From Dimorphilus gyrociliatus (Eukaryota > Animalia > Annelida): a stretch of DNA of 64,000 nt. The translations under genes and the position numbers were made by a program. The stretch spans positions 868,001 to 932,000 of the forward strand of contig CAJFCJ010000001.1 in NCBI GenBank assembly GCA_904063045.1. Reading direction: 5' to 3'. The notes beneath the pieces are model-generated. The model was not told the DNA's origin, ran no database searches, and saw only the letters and a program-made list of their open reading frames with translations. Positions 27,501 to 39,360 of this stretch are shown here, in pieces. Position 1 is the first letter of the stretch, and every line of letters starts with the position of its first letter.

Positions 27501-27727
27501 TTCAATTTAAATAAAACTAATTCTTTTCCACCATAGGCTAGTATTAACTCTTTTTGTTCAAGAAATCCATGAATATTATGGGAATCAAGTAATCTTTTCT
27601 CGAATAATTTACTTTTTGAATTTGTGCAGTAAAGGGAAACGTTATAAGCTTCTCCAACTAATAAATAATCGGTATTGTCAATAAAAGCTAAAGCAGTTAT
27701 GGGACAAATAGTTAGGATTTCTTCCAT
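24538..27727 (-). CDS. WDR6: WD repeat protein 6 (Trm734 homologue, tRNA 2'-O-methylation cofactor); introns 26889-26952 and probably 26098-26169
   Basis: About 1030 aa of WD40 repeats with WDR6-type motifs CPITALAF, HDGVIFSI, LYGHGSRVWD, SIG|EDG, CGDRSGSI, CGGGHRAWD, ISGGGRAQM, ASIDQR, PIADVSS. Confidence 0.8.
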
Positions 27728-27958
27728 TTCCTCGATATAAAAGAACCTTTCGAAAATACCAAATTTTTAAAAACTTGATATATCTTCCAAAGGATATAGA
27801 CTCTTTATCCTAAATGAAAAATCAACAGAATAATAATACTTATTGATGTTAAATACTTAATGTAATTGAATAAAAATTACGTGTTGAAACGGATATGGAC
27901 AACTTCAAACAACACGTGTTAATATTTTTCAAGAAAACTACAGTATATATCACCTACA

Positions 27959-27973
27959 ACAAGAGATGTCGCT
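27959..27973 (+). promoter_or_regulatory. CTCF-like motif (ACAAGAGATGTCGCT) between the WDR6 start and the Serrate stop
   Basis: AGATGTCGCT resembles the CTCF core 3' half; palindrome AACACGTGTT (E-box) at 27911-27920 is nearby. Confidence 0.25.
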
Positions 27974-28103
27974 ACCGTATGGTAATGTTTCACAATATCA
28001 AAGAAAACAAAAAATCGTTTTACAAATAAATTGACAAACAAAGTCAAAATTGAGTTTGTTAACAGAATAAATTAGTAATTATTTTATTCACAGTCCACTT
28101 TTC

Positions 28104-31100
28104 TTAAGCAATTAACTGTCTTTTTACAGTTTTCTTTACGCTATCATCCAAAAGAGAAACAGTTGTACTACTATTCGAAGACGCGCATTCGTAAATGGGG
28201 TTTCTTATCACATAATGGCAATCATCGGAAAAACTCTCTGATAAACTCCTTCTTCTTCTTTTCTTCTTTCTCCTTCCTATATTTACAATTATGATACAGA
28301 AAACTGCTATCATTGTGATGAGGCAAATTGCAGTTATTATGAGAATTTTTGCAGATGGATTCATCACGCTCGTATTATTTCTTGTTCGGACTATTCGATC
28401 TATCACGAGTTTCGAGAGTATATTCATTTCCAAAGTGGAATATTTTAATAATAAAAGAGTCAACTTTTTCAAATTATTTCCGTCGTCTTCTAGTACTATA
28501 ATCTATAAATAACGGACACTATTTAAATTTCTATTTAGATAAAAGGTTTCACTTACGAATTCAACTGTTAAGCATTTATCGAAAGAATTTTGCGGAATGG
28601 AACATTTGATATATAATGTAGAGGAGATTTCTGTTTTCCTTACAGCGTACATCTTCCTTATTCTATCACAAGTGTCTTCAACGCTTAAACCCTGTTATTT
28701 AAATATATTATATGTATTTTTTTTAAAAAAAAAAAAAAAGAAGAGAAATTTAATTTACAGGCGTTAAAAATTCTTCTTTGAAGCAAAAATGTAATTTTGT
28801 ACAGTTGAATTCACCACATGCAACAGAATTTTTTAACTTATCCATTTTATTTAGTCTAGTACAAACTCCTCTAAGTTTACAATTTTTTGTTAGGCATTTT
28901 GTTGGTCTTAAACTACATATTTCTCCACTTTTACAGGAAACTTTGGCACAATTTTCTTCAGGGCAGTATAACTTCAATAATATGAAAGGTTAGAGAAATT
29001 GTTCATATTCATTAACTTGACCTGTTACCTTGCTACATTCGACCTTTCCTTTGGAACAGTAACATAAATTACAATTATCTTCCCACTCTTCATCATTCCT
29101 ATATACTTTATTTTTGTAATGGCAATCGATAGAGCTGCTGATTTCCACCGGAACTATGAAAAGATTATCTTGTTTCATCTGCAAATTTAATAAAGTAAAA
29201 AAAACACCTACTATCACACAGGAATCCTGTTCTTGCCAAGGGACATATGCATTTAAAAGAAGCATTTTCATCAACGCAGGTAGATCCCCACGAACAGGGA
29301 AATGACAAGCATTCATTGATATCTATTATATTAAAATTTTTAGCTATAGCTATACGTTAAGGTAATTATAGATGTGTACTTTGTTCGCATAATTTTCCCA
29401 TGAAACCTGGCTTGCATTCGCATGAATAATATTGAATATTTTCTATACATCTACCGCCATTCTGGCAAGGAGAAGATAGACAGTGACCAGTTAACTTCTC
29501 ACAGAGTGACCCGTCAAATCCACGTTTACATATGCAAATGAAATCGTCATTGCCCACAATTAAACAAGTTGAACCGTGTAGGCAAGGAGAGCTGAAGCAA
29601 GACTTGTTTGATAGATTGTTCTTAGAATTTCCACTTGGATTGCTTCGTCCATCGCAAAGTGCTCCAGTAATATTTGTAGGGCATTTACAGGTAAAATTGT
29701 TAAAACCGCTAATACATGTGCCTCCATTTTTGCATGGCTTCTCCAAACAATTATCTCTCTCTGAATTAAACAGATGAGATAATTCGTCTAACGCTTTTTC
29801 ATTATTAAAAAAATAAATCAACTTACCATCTTCGCACCTGGAACCTTCCCAGCCTGATTGACATATGCATTGGAATGTAGATAAACTGTTTATACAAGTA
29901 CCATCATTTAAACAAGGATTTGAATCACAAAAATTATCGCCTGGAATAAGAAGAAGTAACCAATTCTTAATTAATATTTAACATTCTAAATATAGATAGA
30001 GTTAATAAATATTTAAATTCACTACTATGGTAATTTATTTCCTGTACCGGAGCTGATAAAGATAATTAACTTACTCCTACTGCAATTCTTTCCGGAAAAT
30101 CCATTGCGACAAACGCACTTCCCGTTGAAACACTGCTCGTTTTCGTTGCAGTTGCAGGGCGGTTGTGTAAGACTTAACAAAGGCTTTGGTATTGAACAAT
30201 TTTTTCCCGTAAATTCAGTCGGACAACGGCAAAAATAGTCGTAAGCTGTTTGAAAAGTTAATTATATTTCATAAATGTAACTAAAAACATTTTTCTAAAT
30301 GAGAAGAAGATTTTTCTCTTCTCCCTGCTTTTCTCCATCTTTCTATTTCCTTTATAACCTTCTTCTATTTCCTACATGTTATATTATCTTACTTACTATC
30401 CCAATTATAACATCTTCCCCCATGTAAACAAGGATTAACTTTGCAATTATCGATTCTATGTTGGCAATATTCTCCGTAGTAATTTTGGCACAAGCATTTA
30501 ACCGTAAAATTTGTACGATGGCAACTGCCACCGTTCAGACACCAGCAATAATTTTTTGTTCCGCTACAATCTTCCCCTGAGCACCGTCCTTTTCATTAAA
30601 TTTTAAAAAATTAATGATAACTATCATTAGCGGAGAAGTAGTTTGGGAATAACTATCTTACCATTTTCGCAGTTAATTCCATAAAATCCTTTCGTACATT
30701 CACAAACGTACTGACCCACTTCGGTATTTTTGCAGAGGCCACCGTTCTGACACGGTTTATGAGTTCCACAATAATCTAAATCTATAGTTATTAAGGGAAG
30801 AAAAAAAACACATTTTATAGTAATATTAATATTTTTGGGCAGAATAGAGGTATAATAGGAACCTTCATTGCATAAGCTGCCACCCCAATTTTTTTTGCAA
30901 ATGCATTGCCAGGGTTTGTCTAGGCAATAACCGTTCTTGCAGTTTGGAAACGGTTTGCATCTGTCGCATTTATCGCCTTGCCAACCCGGATCGCATCTAA
31001 AAGGAGCCAATGAAAGGATCACGTGACAATTATACAGAGTAAGTGTTGTCTTAATTAAAACCACCTGCACTCTCCAGGTCGGTCACAGAATCCGTGAAGA

Positions 31101-32689
31101 CAGCCAGTCTTGCATATCGCTACAAAAGCATACATTTTCTTTAAATCAGAACAAATATTAATAAAATCAAGAATTAATTCTCCGAGGAGTGATAAAGGAT
31201 ATAAAGTTATTTTTGGCTTATTTACAAAACGATGGAAAGTTGCTGTCAGTCAATACTTGAATATCGGAGAATTACTCCGGTATCCAATAGTATGTATAAG
31301 CTTAAAGTCGATCAACCCTTTTCGCTAAACATGCGATGCCTATTATATAAGATATACCTCTCTCGCAATATTTTCCATACCATCCATTTAAACATATTTT
31401 ATTTCCACCTGCATCGCAATTATAATGGCCAAATTTGTCATTTCTCGCCTTGCAATAAGTCAGACAATTACTATCGTAATAATATTGATCACAGACAACT
31501 CTTATTCTGTATCCAAAGAAGCTTTTAATTGCTTTTTGCTTTATATTGAACCATTTTCTGTTAGGGAGGATTAAACCATAGTAATAAGTTCTTTCTATCC
31601 ATTCCGAGTCTTTTTGAATTTGTATAGTCAAAGTGAAAGTTTTCTGTTGAGAGATGCATGACATTTTTAATCTTTTACCAATAAATAATTTAACGACAAT
31701 ATGTTTAGAATGAGATAAGTTAGACAAACGGAAAGAGGTGCCAGGTGCAGATGGCGAATATCCCAAACGGGAATAGGCTCAATCTTAAGTATATTTTACA
31801 AAAAGATCGAATATAATGAGTCCTAGTGTTTTTGCTCTTTCTTCCTATTCTAAAAACAGTAAAAAAAAACGGAAAAAAAAGAGACGCTCACTAGACGTTT
31901 TCATGCAAGTCCCAGAGGGCAAAGAACCGACCGGGTGTTCTCTTATTCTTTATAAAAACAGCATCATTTTCTTCTAAGAACGCAATATAAGAAGAGACTA
32001 TTATTTAAAAGTAAGATGTGAAAGATGAATAATCCTTAGATCTGGATGAACAATCGCTAATAGAGGCCAAACATTTTTTTTTCAAATCTGTTTTATCTCT
32101 GTCTCTTTCTCTGTCTCTTTGTCTTCCCTTATTAGAAGAATAGTTACTGTTAAAAATAAACATCTTTAGATTGTTTATCTATTTAGATGTTTCTCTTTGC
32201 TTTCTTATGTTGAGCATATTATTTTCAGTTTGTTCACTTATAAAAGAGAAGAATTAGATCCACATGCTGCTAATTATTCTAATTACCTCCCAGAGAATGA
32301 GATGGATAAATTAATTAATTAACCCTTATAACATATTTATGTAAAATTAGTGATTTAATCCTTTTTTGTGTAACGAATTTAATTGAAATTCATAATAACA
32401 TCAAAATATTATGCTTATCTATCGATTTTATTAAACTAACCTTCCAACCAAATTCAAAGTGAAAGGTGACAAGAGATGACCATTCCTTAGAGAAAAGAGA
32501 GGAGTTTCCGAAGGAGCAACTTCCTTCGTATCTTATTTTAGGTTGAAGTTCTTTTAAACAAACCGTAAGATGCGTTGTATTTCCTTCTTCCACTGGTGAG
32601 TTTAAGAGCATAAATTCAAAAGAACCACTTGCAAAAACTTTTGCAGTTAAATACAATATAAGAATAGATTGAGAACATAAGAATTCCAT
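28104..32689 (-). CDS. Ser: Serrate/Jagged-type Notch ligand: MNNL(C2), DSL, about 11 EGF repeats, VWC/cysteine-rich region, TM, short tail
   Basis: MNNL HLTVCLKELQ...GSCSFG; DSL YRIRVVCDQYYYDSNCLTYCKARNDKFGHYNCD; EGF repeats such as DLDYCGTHKPCQNGGLC; VWC CHYKNKVYRNDEEWEDNCNLCYCSKGKVECSKV; Jagged-like juxtamembrane NCTKLHFCFKEEFLTP. The VWC domain separates it from Delta. Confidence 0.88.
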
Positions 32690-33726
32690 AAGGGTTGTTT
32701 CGCGTATAAGAACCGAATGGAATTAATAGAAAGGACGTCGGCGGATGGAGTACGCATGCGCGTTGATGATATACAAATGAAAGGCGTTTGTCTCTTTTTT
32801 TTCTCTACCCTCAATAGGCTTAAAACAGGCTTCGCCTATTTATTGTCTTTCCTTGAAATTGGTGACTTATATACGATGATGTTTCATCATATGCAAATTT
32901 GATTGGTGACAGTATTCCAAGTATTGCATTTCTCTTTCAGCATATTCAATGCTCTCTTTTTTTGTTAATAGCATTTTAAAATAAAACTGCTTTATTTAAA
33001 AGTAAAATTTAAATAGGGAATTTCAGCAAAATATATCACAGATACCTTTTAGTTTAAAACATATAATCATTCTCTATCCAATTCATCTTAGAAAAAGCAA
33101 ATCTCATTATTCTGATACAGCAAACACGTTTGTTCTTATTATCCTATATTATCTTTTGGAAACACGTACCTAATACATAATTTAGTACTTTTTGTATGTA
33201 TTTATAATTGTAATTTATATACAATTCGCTGCGAGTTCTAATTTTATTTGTTTTATTTCTAGCGACAAAAAAAAACGTTCCAATTGCAAATTGTTCTATT
33301 TCGAATGATCTTCATTGAAATCGATTGTTTCAAAATTTATACACATTTTACATTGTACATAACATTAACTTCTCTAATTTAACTTGATGAAATGTTTTAC
33401 CCGTGTCACTAGTTTGATTATTATATTGATTGACTCTTTTAGAGAATTATTACCTTTAAAAATTTAATTCTTTTAATGAAGTATTTTGGCGCGTTTCTCA
33501 GCTAAAAATATTATTTTGTAATTTTTTCTCATTTTTGTCATAATTAAGTTGCTTTTTTTAAAATTTGTTATTTGATCAAAAATATTTCTTTTATAATAAA
33601 AAAAATACATATTTTTAAATATGCTAAGTTTAAATAACTTTGTAAAATATATATCTGTTGAACAAAAACGGGTATAAAAAATACATATTTCGCATTTCTA
33701 TGCGCTTGCTTAGAAACCAGTAGAAA

Positions 33727-35207
33727 ATGTCGGATATACTACTTTTAAAAGCACTTAAATCTCAGCCCAAAAATGTTAACTTAAATAATAAACATTTAAA
33801 AAAATTACCTAAACTTGTTGGTAAATTAACGTCAGTTTTGCAATTGGAATTAAAGCATAACCAATTGAGTGAATTGCCTGATGAATTTGGTCAACTTGAA
33901 CAGGTTTGTCATAACATCTATTTTAAAATAAAATTTTATTTATTAATGTATGATTAATATTTGATTAATAAAACTAAAAAACACAGTTAGAAGTTTTAAA
34001 TATCGGAAATAATAAATTCGAAGATCTGCCATCAGCTTTAAGACATTGTATTAATTTACTCAAATTGCATGCCTTTTCCAACAATATAACATCTTTAAAT
34101 CCAATTGTTTTAAGTAAGATTCCATAATTTCTTAACATGAATTAATAAAAACCCTTTAAAATATAGATAATCTTGATAGATTAACAGTTCTTAACCTCAA
34201 TCATAATCTATTGAAAACATTGCCGCCAGAAATTTGCAGGTAATGACTAAAGAAAGTACAATCGGGATGTATCTTATATAAATTTGTTACAGATTAGCTA
34301 ATTTAGAAGTATTAAGTGTTGAACATAATGAATTAGTTGAATTACCATTTGAAATGTGTGCCTTAATGAATTTAAAAGAATTCCGTGCTAATTGTAATAA
34401 ACTACAAGCTTTACCATTAGAATTTGGATTTCTAATGAATTTAGAACAACTTCACTTAGCAATGAATAAACTAAAAGAATTGCCTGAGGTTAGTGATTCC
34501 ATAATACAACTAAGAAGTGTATACATTTTTATGTCTTCCCTTAGAATTTAGGTAAATGCTACAAGTTAAGAGTATTAGATATTGCTGCTAATGAACTTCG
34601 GATATTTCCAACAGAAGTAAAATAATATTTACTAAAATAATATCTCCATTAATTGATTACTGAATCCCTATGTTCTTTTAGTTTATTGAACTTCCTTTAA
34701 AAGAGTTTTATTGGGAGGAAAATCCCCTTTTGAAGCATATGCCTGTCAAGAGCATCCAAGAAGAGGAAGTTCTGTCTTTAAAGGTTTTAGAGAAGCCTGC
34801 TTTGAGCATTTCACTAAACTTCACATAACTTTTTTCAATAGGAAATTGCGGCTCGTTTCGTGATGAAAGAATTAAAAGATAGATGGTCATATCTTCGCAG
34901 GAGTATTAGACATTATCCAGCTATTAGAGAGATGCTTTCTCAGAGTTCACGATGTGCTCTATGTGGTGAAGCATTCCTTAATACATGGCTTGAGTGCGTT
35001 CGATTCATAGATTCAGAGCAGGTAAACAATTATAACTATGTCTTATTAACATAAATAAATCAACTTCTGCAGATAAATACATTAAAAATTACCCCAAGAC
35101 ATGGGGGAAATAAACCACCTCTCTTGCCCGTAAGAGCCTTACTCTGTTCGTATAAATGCTTTAACAGTAGTGGTCATAAGTTCTATGGAGTAGCATTTCC
35201 CCAGTAG
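33727..35207 (+). CDS. LRRC69: Leucine-rich repeat-containing protein 69
   Basis: N-terminal MSDILLLKALK...LNNKHLKKLPKLVGKL, LRR exons, and a C-terminal C-ALCGEAFLNTWLECVRF...LLCSYKCF box characteristic of LRRC69/LRRC58-like proteins; stop TAG 35205-35207. Confidence 0.82.
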
Positions 35208-35529
35208 TGAGTTATCTGTAGATGTTCATTGGGATGAAAAATTTTAAGTCAAAGTATACACCTGAGAGAAGACTTAATAGAAAAATCCATTATAAAAAAA
35301 TATATGTCTCTGTCGACAATGCTCGACTTGTACAAAGAAAATCAATAAATAACTGTGAAAATATATATGAAATTATTTATATATTTTATGGATATATTAC
35401 TGTTGTATTTTACATAATTATATATCAGTTTGTACATTCAATGTGTGTGTGATAAAACATATATTTTCACATGTTCTTCTGATTACAAAAATACAAACAA
35501 AAAATGGACGATATTTTTTATGTTAAAAG

Positions 35530-36207
35530 TTATTTCATTCCCATTATTTGCTTTATTCTATCGAGTCTAGTAACTAACAAATAAGCTGATGACAATCCAA
35601 ATCCAACAAGACCTCCTCTAGCACAACTTCTAAGGCCTCCTGACAACTTAAATAAAGTACCGGTAAGTGTAGCTGCAGCAACCGTATTCATTTCATCGTC
35701 AGCTCCTCTGACTTTTGATAAGATGACACCTATTCCACTGTACATAAAAGCAACGACACCAAGTGTTTGAGCAGTGGAAGCTCCTTGTTTCGTTACATAA
35801 TTCAAGAGTTGAGTTCGACGAATGGCTCCTTGTAATTGAGAAGTATTTGAAACTCCGCGAAATAAACCTGTAGTTGCTCCAACAACAGCTCCACCAAACA
35901 CGCTTCCACCAATTTGACTAAATGCCATCTCGAAACGACCTCTAGTGTGACTCTGTCCTTCAGGGAGAATAAACTGAGAGTCACCACCGACACCAAGAAT
36001 ACTTGGATCGACATTTAAGTATGGGGAAACAACAGACGAAGCTGGAGAAGAGGTAACTGAAAAATGACGTCGCATCGAAATTAGAGAACCGTACGCACTT
36101 AGAGAATCATTTTGATATTTTTGCTTACCTGGAACATTCATCATTGGATCGGAGGATGAATAGCCTCCAAACAAACTTCCAAATGTACCTTTATTTTCAA
36201 ACGACAT
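35530..36207 (-). CDS. TIMM23: Mitochondrial inner-membrane translocase subunit Tim23, single exon
   Basis: SPYLNVDP, FILPEG...RGRFEMAFSQIG, LLNYVTKQGA...LGVVAFMYSG, RGADDEMNTVAAATLTG. Confidence 0.93.
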   Translation of the reverse strand: MSFENKGTFGSLFGGYSSSDPMMNVPGKQKYQNDSLSAYGSLISMRRHFSVTSSPASSVVSPYLNVDPSILGVGGDSQFILPEGQSHTRGRFEMAFSQIGGSVFGGAVVGATTGLFRGVSNTSQLQGAIRRTQLLNYVTKQGASTAQTLGVVAFMYSGIGVILSKVRGADDEMNTVAAATLTGTLFKLSGGLRSCARGGLVGFGLSSAYLLVTRLDRIKQIMGMK

Positions 36208-37111
36208 TTTTTTTTATATTTAACTACGAAATGACTTAATTCAAACTGTCATGTGCTGTTGAGGAAGCGGAATATTTTCAAGGACAAATTAGACTGGTTA
36301 CCAGCTCAGTCTGGTTTCGGGAACTTTCGATCATTTTAGATTTTGTTTGTGATTAAAACTAAGCCATTAGGAATTGTAAGAATATAGAATTCAGTTAAAG
36401 GTAAATAAAGAATTCTTATTTATAAGAATGATTGTATAATGAAGATTAGTTTTTTTGTTACATAATCTGGAAAAATTATTTTATTAATTTTATAGATGTC
36501 GTTGACAATTCATAAATAAAACATATTAAAAATTGAGCTAATGTAATTAATAATGCTCACTCAAAGAAATAGAACGTCATATATATCTTACTATATCAGG
36601 CAATAAAGATTTTCAAACTATGACGTAAAAGAAACTAGCAAGTTAGGATAATGGATTTCGAAACAAAATCGATTGTTTTTGTTAGTCGCTAGCATTTATG
36701 TTCTTTATATTACCATTAAAAAAATCTGCAATTAGAACAGTTAAAAATTCAATCATATGTTCTAGATTTTAGTAGAGTTTCGTTAAACGACCTGGTGTTG
36801 AATACAAATCAGTAATACTGTGAACAAAAACCTTTTGGCTACAAAACACGTGGTACAAGTTTTCCCATAGTCAGAAAATTTATTGTCCCAGATCTTTAAC
36901 TCAAATCTAAGTCTACCTTGACCTTAATGTTATGAATCAGTATTTGAACTGAATGCAAGTACAGTTTGAGAATCTTATACGCCTTAGGGCTATTAATACA
37001 TGCTTGTTGCACATAAAACATCAACGTTGTTTTTAACTTAATTTATTGCATGATGTTGAATAAAGGAAAAAGTTTGTCCCTTCTCCCCCGAGCGATAAAG
37101 AGAGAAAATTA

Positions 37112-38820
37112 ATGAATGTAAAATGGGAGCATCTTGCCGCTGGAGTAAGTGGTGGAGTGTTATCAACTCTTGTCTTGCATCCTTTAGATCTCATAAAAAT
37201 ACGATTTCAAGGTTTGTACTAGTTTGATATTGGCTTAGTTACAAGAAAGAATAAAATCTAAAAATAATATATGAAGTACAAAATACGTCATTTTAAGGCC
37301 AATTTATAAAGAATTGATAATTCTTTCAGTTGATGAAGGATGGTCTACATTACAACGACCCCAATATAGAGGAATTTTACATGCAATAACTTCAATTGCC
37401 AGGCAAGAGGGATTGAGTGGACTATACAAGGGAGTAACTCCAAATGTTTGGGGTGCAGGATCCAGCTGGGGATTATATTTTTTATTGTAATTCATGATAC
37501 TCTTATCAAATTGAAAGCTAACAGCTTTTTTTATTAATTAGTTATAACTCCTTCAAATCACACCTTATGGAAAAGAACCAAGTTCAAACTCTCTCCGCTC
37601 CATCTCATATGCTAATTGCCAGCGAAGCTGGTTTGTAGCTTTCTATATTTTCCCTATTAAAAACAATACATATTATTTAATTTACCATTTAGGCTCATTA
37701 ACCTTACTTCTGACAAATCCAATATGGGTTGCAAAAACTCGTTTGTGTTTGCAATACGATGCTCTCGCAAGACCAACGATGGGAGAAAATAAACATACTA
37801 AATTTATACAGTATAGGGGATTGTTCGATTGCGTAAAAAAAATTTACAAACACGAAGGTGTTAAAGGCCTCTACAGAGGCCTGATACCTGGTTTATTTGG
37901 TGTTTCTCATGGTGCTCTTCAGTTTATGGCTTATGAAGAATTGAAAAAATTTTATAATAAACAAAAAAATGCCCCTCCCGATGCAAAATTTGTAAGTTTT
38001 TTTTTCAAATTTCATCTAAAGAAGCTATGTTTAACAAATTTATTTCTTTCTTGTAGACTTCTGTAGAATATCTAACTTTTGCCGCTCTTTCCAAAATCTT
38101 CGCTGCATCTACTACCTATCCATATCAAGTCGTGAGGGCAAGATTACAGGATCAACACAGGGAATATGCTGGAGTTATGGATGTTATTAGACAAACCTAT
38201 AAGTAAGTGTAATTTCCGTAATACTTTAGGTCTATCCAATATTTTAGGATATTAGTGATACAAACATCGCCTGTGTAAATCATTTTTCAGGTTGGAAGGT
38301 TTACGAGGCTTCTTCAAGGGACTATCACCTTATTTGTTACACGTTACTCCTAATATTTGCATTGTGTTTCTTGTTTACGAAAAAGTAACAAGCAGGAAAT
38401 GATTCTATAAATTGACCGAAAACATTTTTCTCGATCTGATTTATCGCTTTAGGAAATTTAAGTAATTGGGCGAGAGATCCAAGATGCAAAATAATATCGA
38501 AATAACTTTACTCTTTTTAAGTAAATTGTTTAGTTGTCTCCGTTGTTGGAGTAGATATCGTATACTCTCTAATAAAATACACTTATTACGTTGCGAAACA
38601 AAATGACTTGACTTTTAGAAATTATATTTATCAAAAAATTTATATTATGAAAAACTTCTACTGGCTAAATTATCTTATATATTTTTACAGGTTGGAAGGT
38701 ATAATCGGTTTCTATAAGGGCATAGTTCCAGCTTTGTTAAGAGTGACGCCTGCATGCTGTATAACATTTGTTGTTTATGAGAAAGTTTCTGATTTTCTAT
38801 TGAACAGAAATGAAACCTAG
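37112..38820 (+). CDS. SLC25A32: Mitochondrial folate/FAD carrier with two alternative last exons; an extra 5' exon is possible
   Basis: [96 protein letters not shown]. Confidence 0.93.
38291..38402 (+). CDS. SLC25A32: SLC25A32 alternative terminal exon A ([36 protein letters not shown])
   Basis: Acceptor ttttcag at 38284-38290; in phase with the donor at 38203; homologous to exon B. Confidence 0.85.
38571..38576 (+). terminator. AATAAA poly(A) signal candidate for the exon-A isoform
   Basis: Canonical hexamer about 170 nt after the exon A stop and before the exon B acceptor. Confidence 0.5.
38691..38820 (+). CDS. SLC25A32: SLC25A32 alternative terminal exon B, canonical form ([42 protein letters not shown])
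   Basis: Acceptor ttttacag at 38683-38690; same phase as exon A; [14 protein letters not shown] matches the vertebrate carrier. Confidence 0.88.
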
Positions 38821-38850
38821 TTTTTTTAATGTTTCCTCTAGTTACTTCAA

Positions 38851-38856
38851 AATAAA
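38851..38856 (+). terminator. AATAAA poly(A) signal candidate for the exon-B isoform
   Basis: Canonical hexamer 30 nt after the exon B stop. Confidence 0.45.
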
Positions 38857-39008
38857 ATGAATTTTTATATATATATGTCTAAATCGTATAGAGTACCTTA
38901 GAAACAAATATGCAATATATTTAGATATAGTATATTAAGATTAGTTCCAAATTACAGAATAGCTGAAAAGTATATAAAGTATTATGTTTAAAAAAAGAAA
39001 TGAACAAA

Positions 39009-39127
39009 AGAATACGGCACCCAGTGTTCCCAGGCGGTCTCCCATCCAAGTACTGACTGGGCCGTACGTCATTTAACTTCGGTGATCGGACGAGAACCGG
39101 TGCTTGTAACGTCGTATGGCCGTATAC
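39009..39127 (-). rRNA. 5S rRNA: 5S rRNA gene, single copy in this window
   Basis: Reverse complement GTATACGGCCATACGACGTTACAAGCACCGGTTCTCGTCCGATCACCGAAGTTAA...AGTACTTGGATGGGAGACCGCCTGGGAACACTGGGTGCCGTATTC followed by a TTTT Pol III terminator; box C intact; helices I, II and IV pair. Confidence 0.96.
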
Positions 39128-39360
39128 ATCAGGTAACTAAAAATATGACTACTTAACCTCTATTGTTTTCTATCATGTACAGGTATACATTTACTTGCAT
39201 AATTCTTAAATTCTTAAAATATCTAATTTATAGGTATCGTGTAATTATATCTTAAAGAACACATTGCTTCACTAGTATATTGACCTTCGTGTTTTTAAAA
39301 TAACATATAGCATATTTGCAGTAATGTGCTTGGTATTTTTCTTTGATTTTCTCTTTACTT

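Noticed and set aside
31644-31766. Upstream extension of the Serrate DSL-exon ORF
   Set aside because: Jagged homology and phase place the acceptor at 31644 (WK|KTFTL); the extension is intronic.
32717-32902. 61-aa plus-strand ORF at the Serrate promoter
   Set aside because: Short, no motif, and overlapping probable promoter/5' UTR sequence.
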